Below the pieces are notes generated by a model. That model had not been told where the DNA came from. It worked only from the letters and a program-made list of their open reading frames with translations, and made no database searches. Positions 14,889 through 29,096 of a stretch of DNA of 64,000 bases are shown piece by piece. The stretch lies in NCBI RefSeq assembly GCF_009914755.1, contig NC_060926.1. The stretch is one strand, 5' to 3'. Source of the stretch: the human T2T-CHM13v2.0 reference genome, Homo sapiens. The position numbers and the translations under genes were made by a program. Every line of letters begins with the position of its first letter. Positions within the stretch are counted from its first letter, which is position 1.

Positions 14889-15784
14889 AGACATGTAAAA
14901 GTCGTGTTTACAAGTGAATTTTTTCAATAATTGATGACACAAAATAGACATTATGAATAATTTAGATAATTTGCACCTTAATTCTCTCAACCTAATTTCT
15001 TACTTCTGTTTAGTTTTCAACTAGTTCTAAAACAATTCACTAATTTATGAATTAATTAATTCAACAATTATTTAGAATATTTCTTATATTGCAGGTGCCG
15101 TACTAGGTTCTAGCACAACAGCAGTGATCAAGACAACCAGAGTTTCTGTAATTCAGAAGTGGATCCAGACAACTAAGTAGAAACTTTCATTTCGGTGGGA
15201 TGCTACAGGAGCCAATTAGAAAGGCAGACTTATGGTGCAAAGAAAGGTTTTACAAAGAAAAATGCTACAGGAGCCCATCACCTAGACTCATGGTAAAAAG
15301 CAAGGTTTTACAAAGAAAATGACATCTAAGCTATGAGTTAAAAAAGCAAATAAATATGAATTGAAAAGGCAAGGTAGAGAAGAGGTGTGTTAGCATGCTC
15401 AAGAGTTACGGAGGGCATGATGGCTTAGAAGTTAAAGCAGTTAGATGTAGCATAGAGTTTGAGTGGAAAGATTATTGTGGCCACACAATGGATCACAGAA
15501 TTAGAGAAACAGGCGGCAGAGAGGCTATTGAGGTATCCTAGGCTCAAGGTGCTGGTGGAGCAAATAGGATGAAGAGACGTGAATGGATTCCAGTGATATT
15601 TGGAAGTCATAGTAAGAAGACTTGGAGTTTGACTTGATGTGGTACGTGAAGAAGACAGAGAAAACAAGTATAATGCCAAAGTTTCTTAAGCAGCCAAATA
15701 GATGGTCTTGTATTTAATAAAATGAGGATTTGAGGCAAGGGTCACACTGGATTTAGGAAGAGACAGATGATGCATTTGTTTCTT

Positions 15785-17425
15785 TTTTGAAAAAAATTAT
15801 TTTATTCTGGCAAGAACACTTAACATGATCTCTACCCCCTTAACAATTTTCTAAGTGTACAATACGGTATTGTTAACTATAGAAACGATGTGGTACAGTA
15901 GACCTCTAGAAGGATTCATCTTGCATAATTGAGACTTTATGCCATATTGATGAGCAGCTCCCCATTTCCCCCTACCCCTACCTCCTAGCAAGCACCATTC
16001 TACTCTTGGATTCTGTTTGACTATTTTAGATGCCTTATGCAAGTAAAATCATGCAACACTTGCTCTTCTGTGACAGGCTTATTTTACTTAGCATAATATC
16101 CTTAGGATTTATTCAAGTTGCTGCATATTTCAGGATTTCATTTTTTAAGGTTAAATAATATTCTATTGTAGGTTGTATTAGTCTGCTTTCACACTGCTAT
16201 AAAGACACTACCTGGGACTGAGCAATTTTTAAGGAAAAGAAGTTTAATTGACTCACAGTTCCTCATGGCTGGGGAGGCCTCAGGAAACTTACAATCATGG
16301 CAGAAGACAAAGGGGAAGCAAGGCACGTCTTACATGGTGATAGGTGAGAGAGAGAGAGAGAGAGGGAGAGAGAGAGAGGGGGAGAGAGTGAGAGAGAGAG
16401 AAGGGAGGAGTGCCAGAGACTTATCAAACAACCAGAACAGCATGGGGGAACCACCCTCATGATCCAATCACCTCCCATCAGGTCCCTCCCTTAACATGTG
16501 GGGATTACAATTCGAGATGAGACTTGGATGGGGTGGGTGGGAACACAGCCAAACCATGTCGTAGATATACACCACATTTTCTTTATCTGTTCATTCATCA
16601 ATGAACATTTAAGTTGTTTCCACATCTTGACCATTGTGAACAGTGCTATAATGAATATGAGAGTGCTAATATTTCTTCGGGATCCTGATTTCAATTCCTC
16701 TGGATAAATACCCAGAAGCAATATTGCTGGATAATATGGTAGTTGAATTTTTATCTTTTTGTGGATTCTTCATACTTTTTTTCCACAGTGGCTGCACCAT
16801 TTTGCATTCTCACCAACAGCTTACAAGGATTTCAATTTCTCCACACCCTCACCAACACTTTCTGTCTTTTCTTTTTTTTTGTAATAATAGGCTAACAGCT
16901 GCGAGGTGAGATCTCATTGTGGTTTTGATTTGCATTTCTCTGGTCATTAGTGACCGTAAGCATCTTTTCATAAACTTGTTGACAATTTGTATGTCTTCAC
17001 TGGAGAAATGTCTAGTTAAGTGTTGAGCTTATTTTTTAAATCAAGTTATATTTCTTTTGCTATTGAGTTGCATGAGTTTCTTTATACAGAATATTTTGAA
17101 AATTAACCCCTTAACTGATACAAGGTTTGCAAATATTTTCTCCCGTTCTGTAGGTTGCCTTTTTATTCTATTGATTGTTTCCTTTACTGTGCAGAAGCTT
17201 TTTCATAAGATGTAGTTCCACTTGTCTGTTTTTACTTTGGTTGCCTATGCTTTTGACATCATATCCATGAAATTATTTCCAGGACCAATGTTGTGAACCT
17301 TTTTTTTCTTGTGATTTCTTCTAGGAGTTTTATAGTTTCAGGCCTTATTCATTAGGTCTTTAATCCATTTTCAGTTGATTTGTGTGTATGGTGTAAGATA
17401 CAAATTCAGTTTTATATTCTAAACA
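15785..17425 (-). mobile_element. L1MA-type 3' region, interrupted by a THE1 LTR
   Basis: Reverse ORF2 C-terminal peptides (LLGIYPEELKSG...MWKQLKCSLMNEQIKKMW) and L1MA 3'UTR. Confidence 0.85.
16174..16561 (-). mobile_element. MaLR solo LTR (THE1C/D-like) with internal (GA)n
   Basis: tgtattagtc...catggctggggaggcctcaggaaacttacaatcatggc...cacagccaaaccat; 5-bp TSD TAGGT/TAGAT. Confidence 0.9.
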
Positions 17426-20325
17426 TATTGAGTTACCTGTTACATATCCAGGAGGCACTGTCTTGAAGTTAGCCATAAATATGAATCTGAAGTTCAGTGG
17501 AGAGTTTAGGGCTAGTGGTAGATCTGTACATCCCAAGCATGATTGGATATGAATGTCAAGGGAGAAAGCAGAAACACTCACAGAGAATACAAGAAGAGGT
17601 CAGAATGGTGAGGAACATCAACCAATAGCTCAACAATCAAAGGTGGGACAGATGAAGGGACCCTGCCATGGAGCCTAAGAAGGTACAGTCAAAGCCATAC
17701 TAGGAATGCTTTGGAGGAAGTATGGATGCCTTTATGGAGGAAGAAATTGAATAGCAAAGAGTAAGGGAGTAATTAGTGTAGTGTGGTTCTTAACACTATC
17801 CAAGAGAGGGAGATTTGGAGCTCATATGGAAGAACAAAATTCCTGTCCTGTTTGGACAGGAAATGAGGTACCCCTTCTATTGTAGCTGAAGGGAAAGAGA
17901 AAAATATCAGTATGGAACAAAATAAATAGTTAATCTGGTGTATGGGAGAAAATTCTTGTTGATAGTTTCTCTTTTTTGGAAAATAGAGGGTAGAATAGTG
18001 TCACAGAAGAGGTGAAGTATTATGTCTAAGGAAACTAGATAAAGTTAGAAAATCCCCCCCAAAATTGAGAGAAGAAACTAAGAAAACCTGATTTTGTTGT
18101 TGTTTTGTTTTTTTGTTTGTTTTTGTTTGTTTGTTTTTTTGGCATCATTGAGCACCCAGGAATGGTGTGATATCATGAATTTATCATGTTCTGAATCTTA
18201 ACAGCTGTGCTACTTGCCAGTGGTGTTTGGGTGTATGTGCAGAGAAAGCAGATATTTGGCCTGATTCAGGTAGGTGTTTCCCCATGTGTGGAGTGAGAAG
18301 AACAATAAAAGAAGAGATTTGAGGATACTGGATTCTATTTTTTGCTCAAAACCAGCTCCTTATTCTGCAATTGTAACACTTTCTCAGAATTGATTGAAAA
18401 ATTCAGACAATAGTTATTTTTTATGCTTTTCAAAATCGATCAATTCCTTGGTCAATGTTAATAAAAGAAAAATGAGTTTTCCCTTAGCATTTCATGTTTA
18501 ATTGCTGAATGTCTTGTTGACATTCTTATGTTTGTTTTGATGTGACTTCAATGGAAGTAGTGCATATATTGGTTTTTCTTATTCCTCATATCCAAATAGC
18601 TAGGACATATTTATATAATGATCCGCTAATTCACCATGATATTTCCACAATGTTTGAAAATTTTGTATATATTAAGATTTTATATGTTACTACATCTAAG
18701 AAGGAAACACATCTCTACATGGGCATCCTGCCTGGCATAGCCCTTTGGATGAAAGTACAACTATGCCTGAGGAAGCAGTTTCCCACTTCCCAGAACGTAA
18801 ATACATCTCAAGACAGAAAAACATGGAGATGTGGGTGCAAGACATGAGTATGTCATTAGATTTATACATTATAAAAAAGCATCTTGCGAATAGTAAATCA
18901 TGAGTTGTTTGAATGGGATTTAGTGTACCAGGTGGAACCCAGATATAAGTAGATGAATGTAGGTCTACTTACTGAGACAATTACATAATCTAATAAAAAG
19001 ATTTAAAGAAGTGGTCTCTTGTCTTCTTGTTACAGCCCAATAGAGGAACTGGTTCCACGGCTTTGTTTGATGTCAGTGAATTATGCAACAGGTTTTAAGA
19101 ACTGGTTCTTAAATAGTAAGGGCTGGATTGCACTGCGGTCATGTTTTTCAAAAGTCAAAAACAAGTACTTTCTGTTGGATGTACACATGGCAAGACAGCG
19201 AGAATATTTTATATGTTTTGATTGTCTTCACAATCTAACCATGACTCAGTCAGGCAGTGAGCCCCATCAGTTGTTAAAAATGATTTAAATATAGTCAAAT
19301 AATTTGTTCTTGTGAACACAACCTAGCTTCTATTTTCAGGTAAAGGGACATTTTCATTTTTCCCTTGTGGTCTAACTCCAAGTTTTCCTTGTCATCGTTG
19401 TAAGCATAAATCTTGTAATATCTTCTCTTTGGAACCAAAGCTAATGGTGTAATGATATGAAGAAGAGAATAATCAGAGAGAGTTTTCAGACAAGGTGAAA
19501 ATACAGTAAAACCCTGGAATTAGATTTGGATTGGATTATAAAGAAAAGGAAGCATGTGTCCTTGTTTAGATGGGGAAAAATTATGGGAGTGCAAATATTT
19601 ATATCAAAATCTAAGATAAAAAGATGGATAGAGCTAGGTATATATTAACATCAGATGGAATCCTTTTTTCACTTGTCAGTACACAAGCAACTGAAGTTGG
19701 AAAAATAGTAAGAACATCATTGTGTGAGTAAATATAGAACAGGTGAAAAACTCTGTGCTGAGATTTCTTTTCTGATTTTGTTTCTTCTTTATCAACAACT
19801 CTGGAGATTCTTATCACAGCCAACGACCTTTGTTGCAGGCCTTACTGCATGGGACTCTGTTTCATCTGCTTTTGTGCTTAGTCACTGTAGCCTCCTGTCT
19901 GCAGCTGTTTTCTCTACCAGGGGCAGGCAGGGTTGTGGCGTCTTTAGAAAATAGGGCATGCAAGGCAGCAGGTGCCAGTGTCAGTAAAGGCCCTGCCTGG
20001 CTCCCTTGCTGAGAATCCAGGCTATGCCTGAGCTAGGGTGTGCACGTGTGTGTGACTGTGTGTGTGTATTGCAAAACAAAGTTTCTTGGGTTTAGCTAGA
20101 TTTCATTTTACCTTCTGAGTGAGCTTGTATTTTCCATGGAAAATGGACAATTCTTTCTTTTCCATAGGTCAGGAAGCTGTTCCTGCATTCTTTGGGACCA
20201 GAAAAATAATTTTCATTTATCTTCTGTCATTATCTGACTCTTTCCTCCTAAATCTCATTTACACTGATGTAAATGTAATATTTTATAATGACAGTCCAAT
20301 AGTGTGTAATCTCTTTAATGTCTGA

Positions 20326-20659
<334 letters not shown>

Positions 20660-20818
20660 CTTCACCAAGCATCTTTTATTGAGGCCATACATTCATATGA
20701 AAAACTTCCCAATCAATCTTGGGTAGATACCTGAAAATAAATATTTAAGGCACACTAACCTGTTTGAATGATCAAAGTACCAGTTGTCATTTAGCCAAAT
20801 GGGAAGAGACCAAGCTGA

Positions 20819-21166
<348 letters not shown>

Positions 21167-21967
21167 AAGTCAGTGCATTCTTGAAGGACCTCATTCTCTA
21201 CAGATGTAAATGCAGATATTGCAATGGAAAAGACTGGGAGTGTGTGTGTATGTGTGTGTGCACTTTTTTCGTGTGCTTGTATAATCCTGAAGACGCAGCT
21301 CTTTCTTCTTCCAGTCAGATATCCAGCTTAGCATAGGAGAGGATAGGAGTTGAAGATACCATTAGTTATAACTAGGATGTGGATGTTGTCTTTTCTTGCT
21401 GGCACTGTGGAGGCTGTCACCTCCCTTGTAAGTACTACTAAAAATGCTTCTGAATGCTTTCCATTCAGTGATTCATTTGGCTCCAGTTCATGAGCTTGGA
21501 TCACCTGGTTTACACTTGTGATGTAACTACTAAACATGAACATCTGGGAAAACAGTGCCTCAGGCCCAGTGAAACTTCTCACAGGCAGCCTCTTTGATGG
21601 TTATAGTGTGTGTGTTCCTAATAAAGTGCTGTTGCAACTCTTTTCTGCTAACCTTTAACTTCAAGGACTGCAGGGAATTCTTGGCGAATTGACCTACTAA
21701 CTTCTGAGCTTGGCAACTTTGCCAAAGTTTTCCAGTAGTTGGAAATGAATCTGAGTGAATTTAATCTAAAACTTAAAACCTAGATAGGCCTGAATTTAAA
21801 CCTGAGTAGATGTGAAATTAAGTCCAGTGGAATTGAAATTAGTTTCTTATTTTCATATCTGATATGATTTAGCCATTCTTGATGTTCATCATACTTAAAG
21901 ATCCAAAGGAATATAGTGTTTCCTCTGAATATTGAAACTGAAGAAAGCAATTTTTTTAAAGCAAAGG

Positions 21968-22262
21968 AGACCGAGTGCAGTGGCTCCCGCCTATAATACT
22001 AGCACTTTGGGAGACCGAGGCGGGCGGATCACGAAGTCAGGAGTTCTAGACCAGCCTGACCAACATGGTGAAACCCTGTCTCTACTAAAAATACAAAAAT
22101 AAGCTGGGTGTGGTAGTGCATGCTTGTAATCCCAGCTACTCAGAAGGCTGAGGTAGGCTAATTGCTTGAACCCAGGAGGCAGAGGTTGCAGTGAGCTGAG
22201 ATAGCGCCACTGCACTCCAGCCTGGGTGACAGAGAGAGACTCCATTAAAAAAAACAAAGGAA
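21968..22262 (+). mobile_element. Alu (AluS-like)
   Basis: Dimeric Alu with A-rich tail. Confidence 0.93.
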
Positions 22263-22416
22263 AATAGTGAATTGAGTGCACAGTATAGACTGGTATTCTG
22301 GAAAATTACCCCTCCTCATCCATTTTTAAATATCTTTTTGGTTGTTTTCATAAGTACCTACAAGAAGTCATAAAAATAAAAGTAAGATCACAAGTTACTT
22401 TTGAATCACTGACAAT

Positions 22417-22814
22417 TGATATGGTTTGGCTCTGTGTCCCCACCCAAATTTCATCTTGAATTGTAATCCCCACATATTGGGGGAGGGACCTGGTGGGAGG
22501 TGAGTGGATCATGGGGGTGGTTTTCCCCATGCTGTTTTCATGGTAATGAGTGAGTTCTCACAAGATGCGATTGCTTGTTAAGTGTATGGCAGTTTCCCCT
22601 GCTCTCTCCCTCTCTCTCTCTTTCTCTCTCTCTCCACTATGTAAGACCTGCTTGCATCCTCTTCACCTTCTGCCATGATTGTAAGTTTCCTGAGGCCTCC
22701 TAGCCATGCTTCCTGTTAAGTCTATGGAACTGTGAGTCAATTAAACCTATTTTGTTTATAAAGTACCCAGTTTCGGGTAGTATCTTTATAGCAGTGTGAA
22801 AACGGACTAATACA
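22417..22814 (+). mobile_element. MaLR solo LTR (THE1D/MSTA-like)
   Basis: TGATATGGTTTGGCTCTGTGTCCCCACCC...GGACTAATACA; TSD ACAAT/ACAGT. Confidence 0.92.
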
Positions 22815-25814
22815 ACAGTTTAAGTCCCTTCAATCCATTCCTAATTACACTTGTGAAGAAGTTACATTACTGTCAGTCCACCCTTTGTGTAAGAAAACTG
22901 AGGCCTAGTCTAAATATATATTTTTATGATTCCCTGACATTTATAAAGGATGCAAGCGTTATTGACCAATATTGTTGGCCATTATGCATTGTATTATGTG
23001 ATACAGGAAGTCTTGGGTCTGGCAGAGAATACCTGGTACCATATAGCGCGGTTAGTTAATATTCATTCAGTGCGTACTCTGTGCAAACCTGTGCTAGGTG
23101 CTTATACATACACTTCCACAGTCAATCCTGACAGCGCTGTCTAAAGTAGGCCTTATTACCCTGATTTCATAAATGAAAAAATAAAGGAATTAAAGCCTGA
23201 GAAGCTATAGAAATGTGACCATATTGTAAGTTATTCATGATAACTACCATATTTTGTTTACTATTCATTCATTTGTAACATTCATTCGTTTTTTTCCTCT
23301 ACGAATTCCAGGAGGAAAAAGAAGATATTCAAATATAAAGTCAAAGAATAATTCAAGATAACAATGTGATAAGTATAAAATTTATATTTAAATGTCAAAG
23401 AATGGTAAATATAATCCGCACTCATAAACAATCAAGTCTAATATTTGGTCAGTTATTCCAGAAAAGAGGATATTTATAGAAGGACAATTTTACTCTTCGA
23501 TGGAATTCTCAGTGAGTCTCACTGTAATATGAAATTTCATTTCTAGGGCCATTGATTTTGCATATTTGGTCATTTATCTTGATGATGCCATATTGTCTTC
23601 ATAAATAAATCTGTTTTTGAATGTTTATAGTTTGTCCATTTTACTGAACACATACTTTTACAATAGGAGAGCATTATAATTATTATTATCATTATTTTTA
23701 ATACAGGAAAATATATCTCATATCGGTCCATTGGTCTAAGTTAATGGTTTTCTCTTCAAAACTACTGTAATACTTTTCATAAAGTTAAACCTATATTCCA
23801 GAAGAGCATAGAATATATTAAATGCATACCAGAAAATATGCATTTACAGTTAGTCTTAAGGAGTAAAACTTTCCTGATATTTGAAACATAAGTTGTGTGG
23901 AAGCTAAGTCAGGTATCTTTGCAAATAGCATACCTGAATTATCTCAAATCTCCAAGCCCAGAATATGCAAAATGTTCTCTACCTGGGACCGTGGCAAAAA
24001 CAGGAAGTATGTACTATTTTCTAAACATCAAAAAATTGAAAATGTAAATAGTAGATTTACTGAATTAGAAGTAATGTATAGAGTTGTTGTGCATTAACTT
24101 CCACTTTTTCTTTCAAAAGAGAACACGTAGAACAGGTGAGAGTGTAGAAAATGTCTTTGTCCTGGTTTCCTGTGATCCTGATTTCATATTTATCAGGTTC
24201 ATCCATTTTGTATATCCCATTGCCAGAATATATTTGAGATCTAATTTTAATATATTTATGATGTAAAATAAAATGGTATAACTCATCTGGAAACACTTAA
24301 TGAGGACCTGTCATGCTAGAGGGACAGTCCTGGTCACTGAGACTGACAATGCACAGCCCTGGAAATCAGGCAGCTGACATGGAGTTGATTGCAATTAAAG
24401 TTTCATTCTAGAAAGATGGGGGAGGTTATATTTTGAATGCAAAATGTCTCATTTTATGAAGGAAGCTTTGCAATTACACTGTGGTAAAGGGTAACATGAG
24501 GAAGAGTAAAGACATTGGTCTTCACCTAAACAGTTGTGTGTACTTGCTTTTATACTCTTCATCGAGGTTTTCACATACATGGACCCTTTCCTTTCCTTTT
24601 AATTCAGTCAATTGATTCCTTACATTTCAGCTTCCATGTCACCCTTCCTAGGGATGGGAAGAGAGAGAGGGGAACCTTGCTGCTGGGGTGTAAGTGGAGT
24701 GGTGCTCTGTTGAGCCAATGGCTCTGGGACCCACAGTGGCCTATTGAGAAGATTAAGACTGTGGTGACCCTGCCTGCATCTATGCTACAGGCTGTAGATT
24801 TACTTCTAGAGTCAGAACTTTCTTCAGAGTTTGACTTGAGGCTTGAGCTCCCATGTAAGTTTTATGGCAATCTATAAGAAAATTAACTTCAGTAGTTAAT
24901 TATGAGTGTCTATTACAAGTCTAAAAAAAACAGTTGAAAGATTTGTTGAATAAATGAATCAATGGCTAACTTTTTGCAGCCCTTTTCTCAAAACCAAAAG
25001 TATACATTAAAATAAACAAATATATATATATATGTTCAACGTTAAAACATTCTACTGTTGAATCCTCCTATTTTTCCAGTTCATTCCTCCTAATACTCCG
25101 ACTACATCATTAATTGCCTCCACTGAGGCAGCTGAAAACCATTGATCCTACCATGGGATCCCCACCTCCTATCTCAACTGTGTCTGCTCTTCCTTCATAC
25201 CTGGCATAAATTCCATGTTCCACCATATACCACTCCTTTGCAGAAGCACTCGCCCCTTCCTATATGCCTGATAAACTGCAATGTAGGTTAAGTCTGATCT
25301 CTGCTCACTCCATGTTTACACCTGTGCAAGTGAATACAGGATGCAGAAAACACACAATTGAGCTAACTGGTCCCATTTTAAATTCATGGTTATTAACCTC
25401 AAGTGGGTCCTTAATTCTGTTAGGAATCCAGAATTTATTTTCCTACATTTTCTCTTCTATTTTCTTTAATACACATTTTATATTTTCATCTTTCTCCTCA
25501 AAATTCCAGTGTCTCTTTCTTCATTCTCACTGTTAATGGAATATTAAAGCAATGACACCAGAACTTTACCAAGCTCTCCTTATCACATCTGCTCACCACC
25601 TTGTACTTGTGCCCTCCTTTTCCTGTTGGTGTGGATAACTCATCCTCAGCCAAGCCCAATCCCTCAACAAGCATCTAGGTACTACCCCTCACATCTTAAT
25701 AAACAGTGCTTCAGTTATTTCCTTTTTTCTCTTCTAAGTCATCCATTTTTGTATTTTCATTAGTTCATTTTCACCACTATGCGAATATGCTGTTATTTCT
25801 CCAATTTTTAAACA

Positions 25815-26113
25815 TTTTCTTTTTTTCCTTTGAGACAAGGCGTTGCTTTGTCGCCCAAGCTGGAGTTCAGTGGTGCAACCTCGGCTCACTGCAACCTCCG
25901 CCTCCCAGGTTTACGTGATCCTCCTGCCTCAGCCTCCTGAGTAGCTGGAATCACAGGCATGTGCCACCAAGCCCGGCTAATTTTTGTATTTTTAGTAGAA
26001 ATGAGGTTTTGTCATGTTGGCCAGGCTGGTCTCAAATTCCTGACCTCAGGTGATCCACCTGTCTTGGCCTTCCAAAGTGCTGGGATTACAGATGTGAGCC
26101 ACTGCGCCCGGCC
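25815..26113 (-). mobile_element. Alu (AluS-like)
   Basis: Reverse dimer ending ...gagccactgcgcccggcc. Confidence 0.95.
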
Positions 26114-26589
26114 AAAAATTTTCTTTCTTTAGCTGTGTGTTTCCATCCAGCTAAAAGTCTATTTGTTTCCTTCCCCATACAGTAAAATTCCTTGAACTAG
26201 ATGTTGATCCTCACTATTTCCAACTTCTCTCCTGCATGGCTTTCTTGAATCTACTCCTGTCAGGATTTTACATCTACTGCTTCACAAAAATTGTTCTTCT
26301 CAAGGTCCCCAAACTTCCATGATTTTCAATCAAAGGCCATGTGTTAGTCCTCATCTTACTTAACCCACCAGTGGCATTTAATACTGTTTTTCACTCTCAA
26401 CTATAGAATACTCTTTATGTTTGGCTCCCTGGACATAGCACTCATGAGTTTCTTCTTATTTCCTAAATGTCTCAGTCTCTTCACGGGTTCTTAATCAGCT
26501 CCTTGGCCTCCAAATGTGGGTATGTCCTATGGTTCAGTCCTTGGACCTCTTCATTTTTCCTCCTACACTCACTTCATAGGTGATCTCAG

Positions 26590-27045
26590 TGCTAGCTATG
26601 GAACAGGTGTCCAGGTAACTGCTAAAGACCAGTACTTCCCTTCCTTAGTGTAGAATGGTTGCTTGGGAAAAAAAACTGCTCAGCCAGATACTATATTTCC
26701 AAGTTATTCTCACATCTAAATGTGACCACTAGTTTACTTCTTGCCAATGGTGTATGAACAGAAGTGATCTGTACTCCCCAAAATTTCCTATGTGCGTCAT
26801 TTCTTTGTCCTCCATACCAGCAGAGAGACGATGCCAATTGGCAAGCCTCTGTCAGCCTAGATTCCTGAATGACTTTGTGGAGCAGAACCCCTCCTACAAA
26901 CCAGTTCCTTTTCTCTATTGTGAATTGGACTTTAACTGAGTAAGATATTTCTATTCATTTCAGTCACTAGGGTTTGGGACTTGAATTTAAGCTCCATCAT
27001 TTAGGGGCTGAGTTTCTCTGTAATAGCACAGTATTTTCATAACTA
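26590..27045. mobile_element. Probable MLT1-type LTR inside the L2
   Basis: actatatttcccaag...ttcttgccaatgg...gaagtgat...cctagattcctgaatgactttgtggagcaga. Confidence 0.5.
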
Positions 27046-27958
27046 TTAATAATATGCCAATTGATTGGCTGATGATCCAGAGATTTATATATCCACTCTG
27101 ATCTTCTCCCCTAAACTCCAAACCTGAATATTCAACTGCCTTTGACATTTCCTCTTAGAGGTCTGACAGGTACCTTAAATTTACCATCTCCAAAATTCCT
27201 GACAAATATCTCCCTCACCTACCTCTTCCACAACCTTCCCTGTCTCTGTTAAAAGCAACTTCATTTTTCTAGTCCTCAGAGCAAAACGGCCTACTGTTAA
27301 TTTAAAAGTTTCCTCTCTTTCTCTCACCCTCCAAATCTGATCTTTTAGTAATAATCTCAGACCTACCTTCAAATATATATTCAGAATTCAAACATCTCTA
27401 GAATCTGACCACTTCTTATAACTCCTACTGTCACCAAATTGAGTCGAACTAGCATCATCTCTTGCCTGGATTATTCTAGAAGCCTTCTACCTTCATCTCT
27501 GCTTTCCTCCTTGCTCCCATAAAGTCTATTCTCAATGCAAGAACTGAAGAAACCTGTTAAAATAAAAGTCAGATAATCTCACTTGATTCTGCCCAGACCT
27601 TCCAAAGATTTCCCATCTTAGTGTAAATACTGATGTCCTTGCCAGGGCCTCCAGGACCCTATGTGCAAAGGCCTCTGTTCCTACCCTAATTCCCAAAACC
27701 TTTGATATTTATTTCTCTTGTTGCTTCTCACATTCTAAGCACTCTTGTAGCTATGTATGCATGGCTTAGAAGACAGGAAAGAGACTTGTGTTTTATTATC
27801 AGTTTTCTCACTTAGACTGAACAGCTTTTGATCAACTTTCTTCACTTTTCTGAGTCCTACATTTCTTATTTCCTAAACTAGGGCACATAATATTGACCAC
27901 ATAGGATTGTTGTTTACTAGTAAGTAAAAAAATACTAGAATCTCTAAATTCATGGTAA

Positions 27959-28075
27959 CATCATAATTATCAACATTATCATCATCATCACCACCACCAC
28001 CATCCTCATGATCACCATCGTTGCCATCACCATCATCACCATCCTTATTACCATCATTGCATTTATCATCATTAT
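27959..28075. repeat. Degenerate (CAT/CAC)n trinucleotide repeat
   Basis: Direct reading; gives the spurious D/G-rich ORF 27873..28130. Confidence 0.85.
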
Positions 28076-28077
28076 TC

Positions 28078-28318
28078 TGTAGCATAGTGTTTAAGAGTGT
28101 AACTTCTGGGGTCAAATTACCTATATTCAAGTCTTGACTAGCTGTGTGACCTTGGGCAAGTTACATAATTTTTCTGTCTTTAGCTTTCTTATTTGTGAAA
28201 TAGATACCCCAATGATAGCTATAATTTTAGGGTATTATAAATATTTAATGAGATGGTGGATACAGCATTTGAAAAAGAGCCTGTCTCATTGTGTGTACTC
28301 AGCAAATATTAGCCACTG
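28078..28318 (+). mobile_element. MIR
   Basis: agcatagtgtttaagag...actagctgtgtgaccttgggcaagttac. Confidence 0.8.
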
Positions 28319-28322
28319 CTAA

Positions 28323-28915
28323 TGTTGGGGCTCAAAAACTGATACCTGAAAATATAGTACTTTGTACATGCTGAACTGAAGAAGAGGCCCCAAGGTCTCT
28401 CTGGCCTTCCTGTTACCCACCATCTCCCCCTAAGTACAGGATAAAGTTTTTCTGTGAAGTTGCCTTATCTGCCTAAAGTCTGGACTTACCAAACAGAAAA
28501 AACAATTACCTCCAGTCCCTTCTTCGAGTTTTCATTAACTGAACTTATCTTGGAGGAAGGAAGACTGAAGTCTGTCAACTTACCTGGACAGACTTTTGTT
28601 ACAAACAATTTTCTGCTCTATGGGCTCAACAGATGTTGCCCCAGACCATTGCATGCTCTTCAAGCTCATTAAATTCCTGTAAAAATAATTTAGTATCCCC
28701 CTAAAATCATCCACACTTCCCTATCTCCCTTTTCCCTAAGAAATATAATAGCATTGGTACCCTATTGGGATATTGGCAAACCACTCTGTGATTCTCCCCA
28801 TGCTCATGGCAGTAATAAATTTGTAAAGCCTCTTCTCTTATTAATCTGCCTTATTGTGAGTTGGTTTTTCAGCAAAACTACTGAGGGTAAAGAAAAACTT
28901 ACTTTAGCCCCAACA
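28323..28915 (+). mobile_element. ERV1 MER4-group solo LTR (MER39/LTR29/LTR47-like; subfamily uncertain)
   Basis: Starts TGTTGGGGCT and ends AGCCCCAACA (10-bp perfect terminal inverted repeat); TATA-like tatataa at ~28744 and AATAAA at ~28814. Confidence 0.8.
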
Positions 28916-28944
28916 GTATTACTATATTTCTTCTGTCATGTTCT

Positions 28945-29096
28945 ATAGTTCTCGAGGGCAAGATTCATGTGATCCATCTCTGTATCTCCTGCAGGAATGA
29001 ATGCTTTGCACATAGTTGATTTTCAGAAAGCTAAAAAATACTTAATTTTTGGTTGTACAAATAAAGAAATGAATGGATGGATGGATGGATGGATGA
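28945..29096 (+). mobile_element. L2 3' end with (TGGA)n
   Basis: gagggcaagattcatgt...ctgtatctcc...gcacatagt...gaatggatggatgg. Confidence 0.55.

Larger units (their letters stand above)
15055..18330 (-). mobile_element. L2 element (15055-15780 and ~17445-18330) split by an L1MA insertion
   Basis: attcaacaattatttag...gtgccgtactaggttct (reverse L2 3' end), with purine-rich L2 body resuming after 17445. Confidence 0.6.
25060..27720 (+). mobile_element. L2 body, interrupted by an Alu and a probable MLT1 LTR
   Basis: Pyrimidine-rich L2-like sequence (gttcttctcaaggtc..., ggttcagtccttggacctct..., catcatctcttgcctggatta). Confidence 0.65.

Noticed and set aside
27873-28130. Asp/Gly-rich ORF
   Set aside because: Translation of the degenerate (CAT)n repeat.
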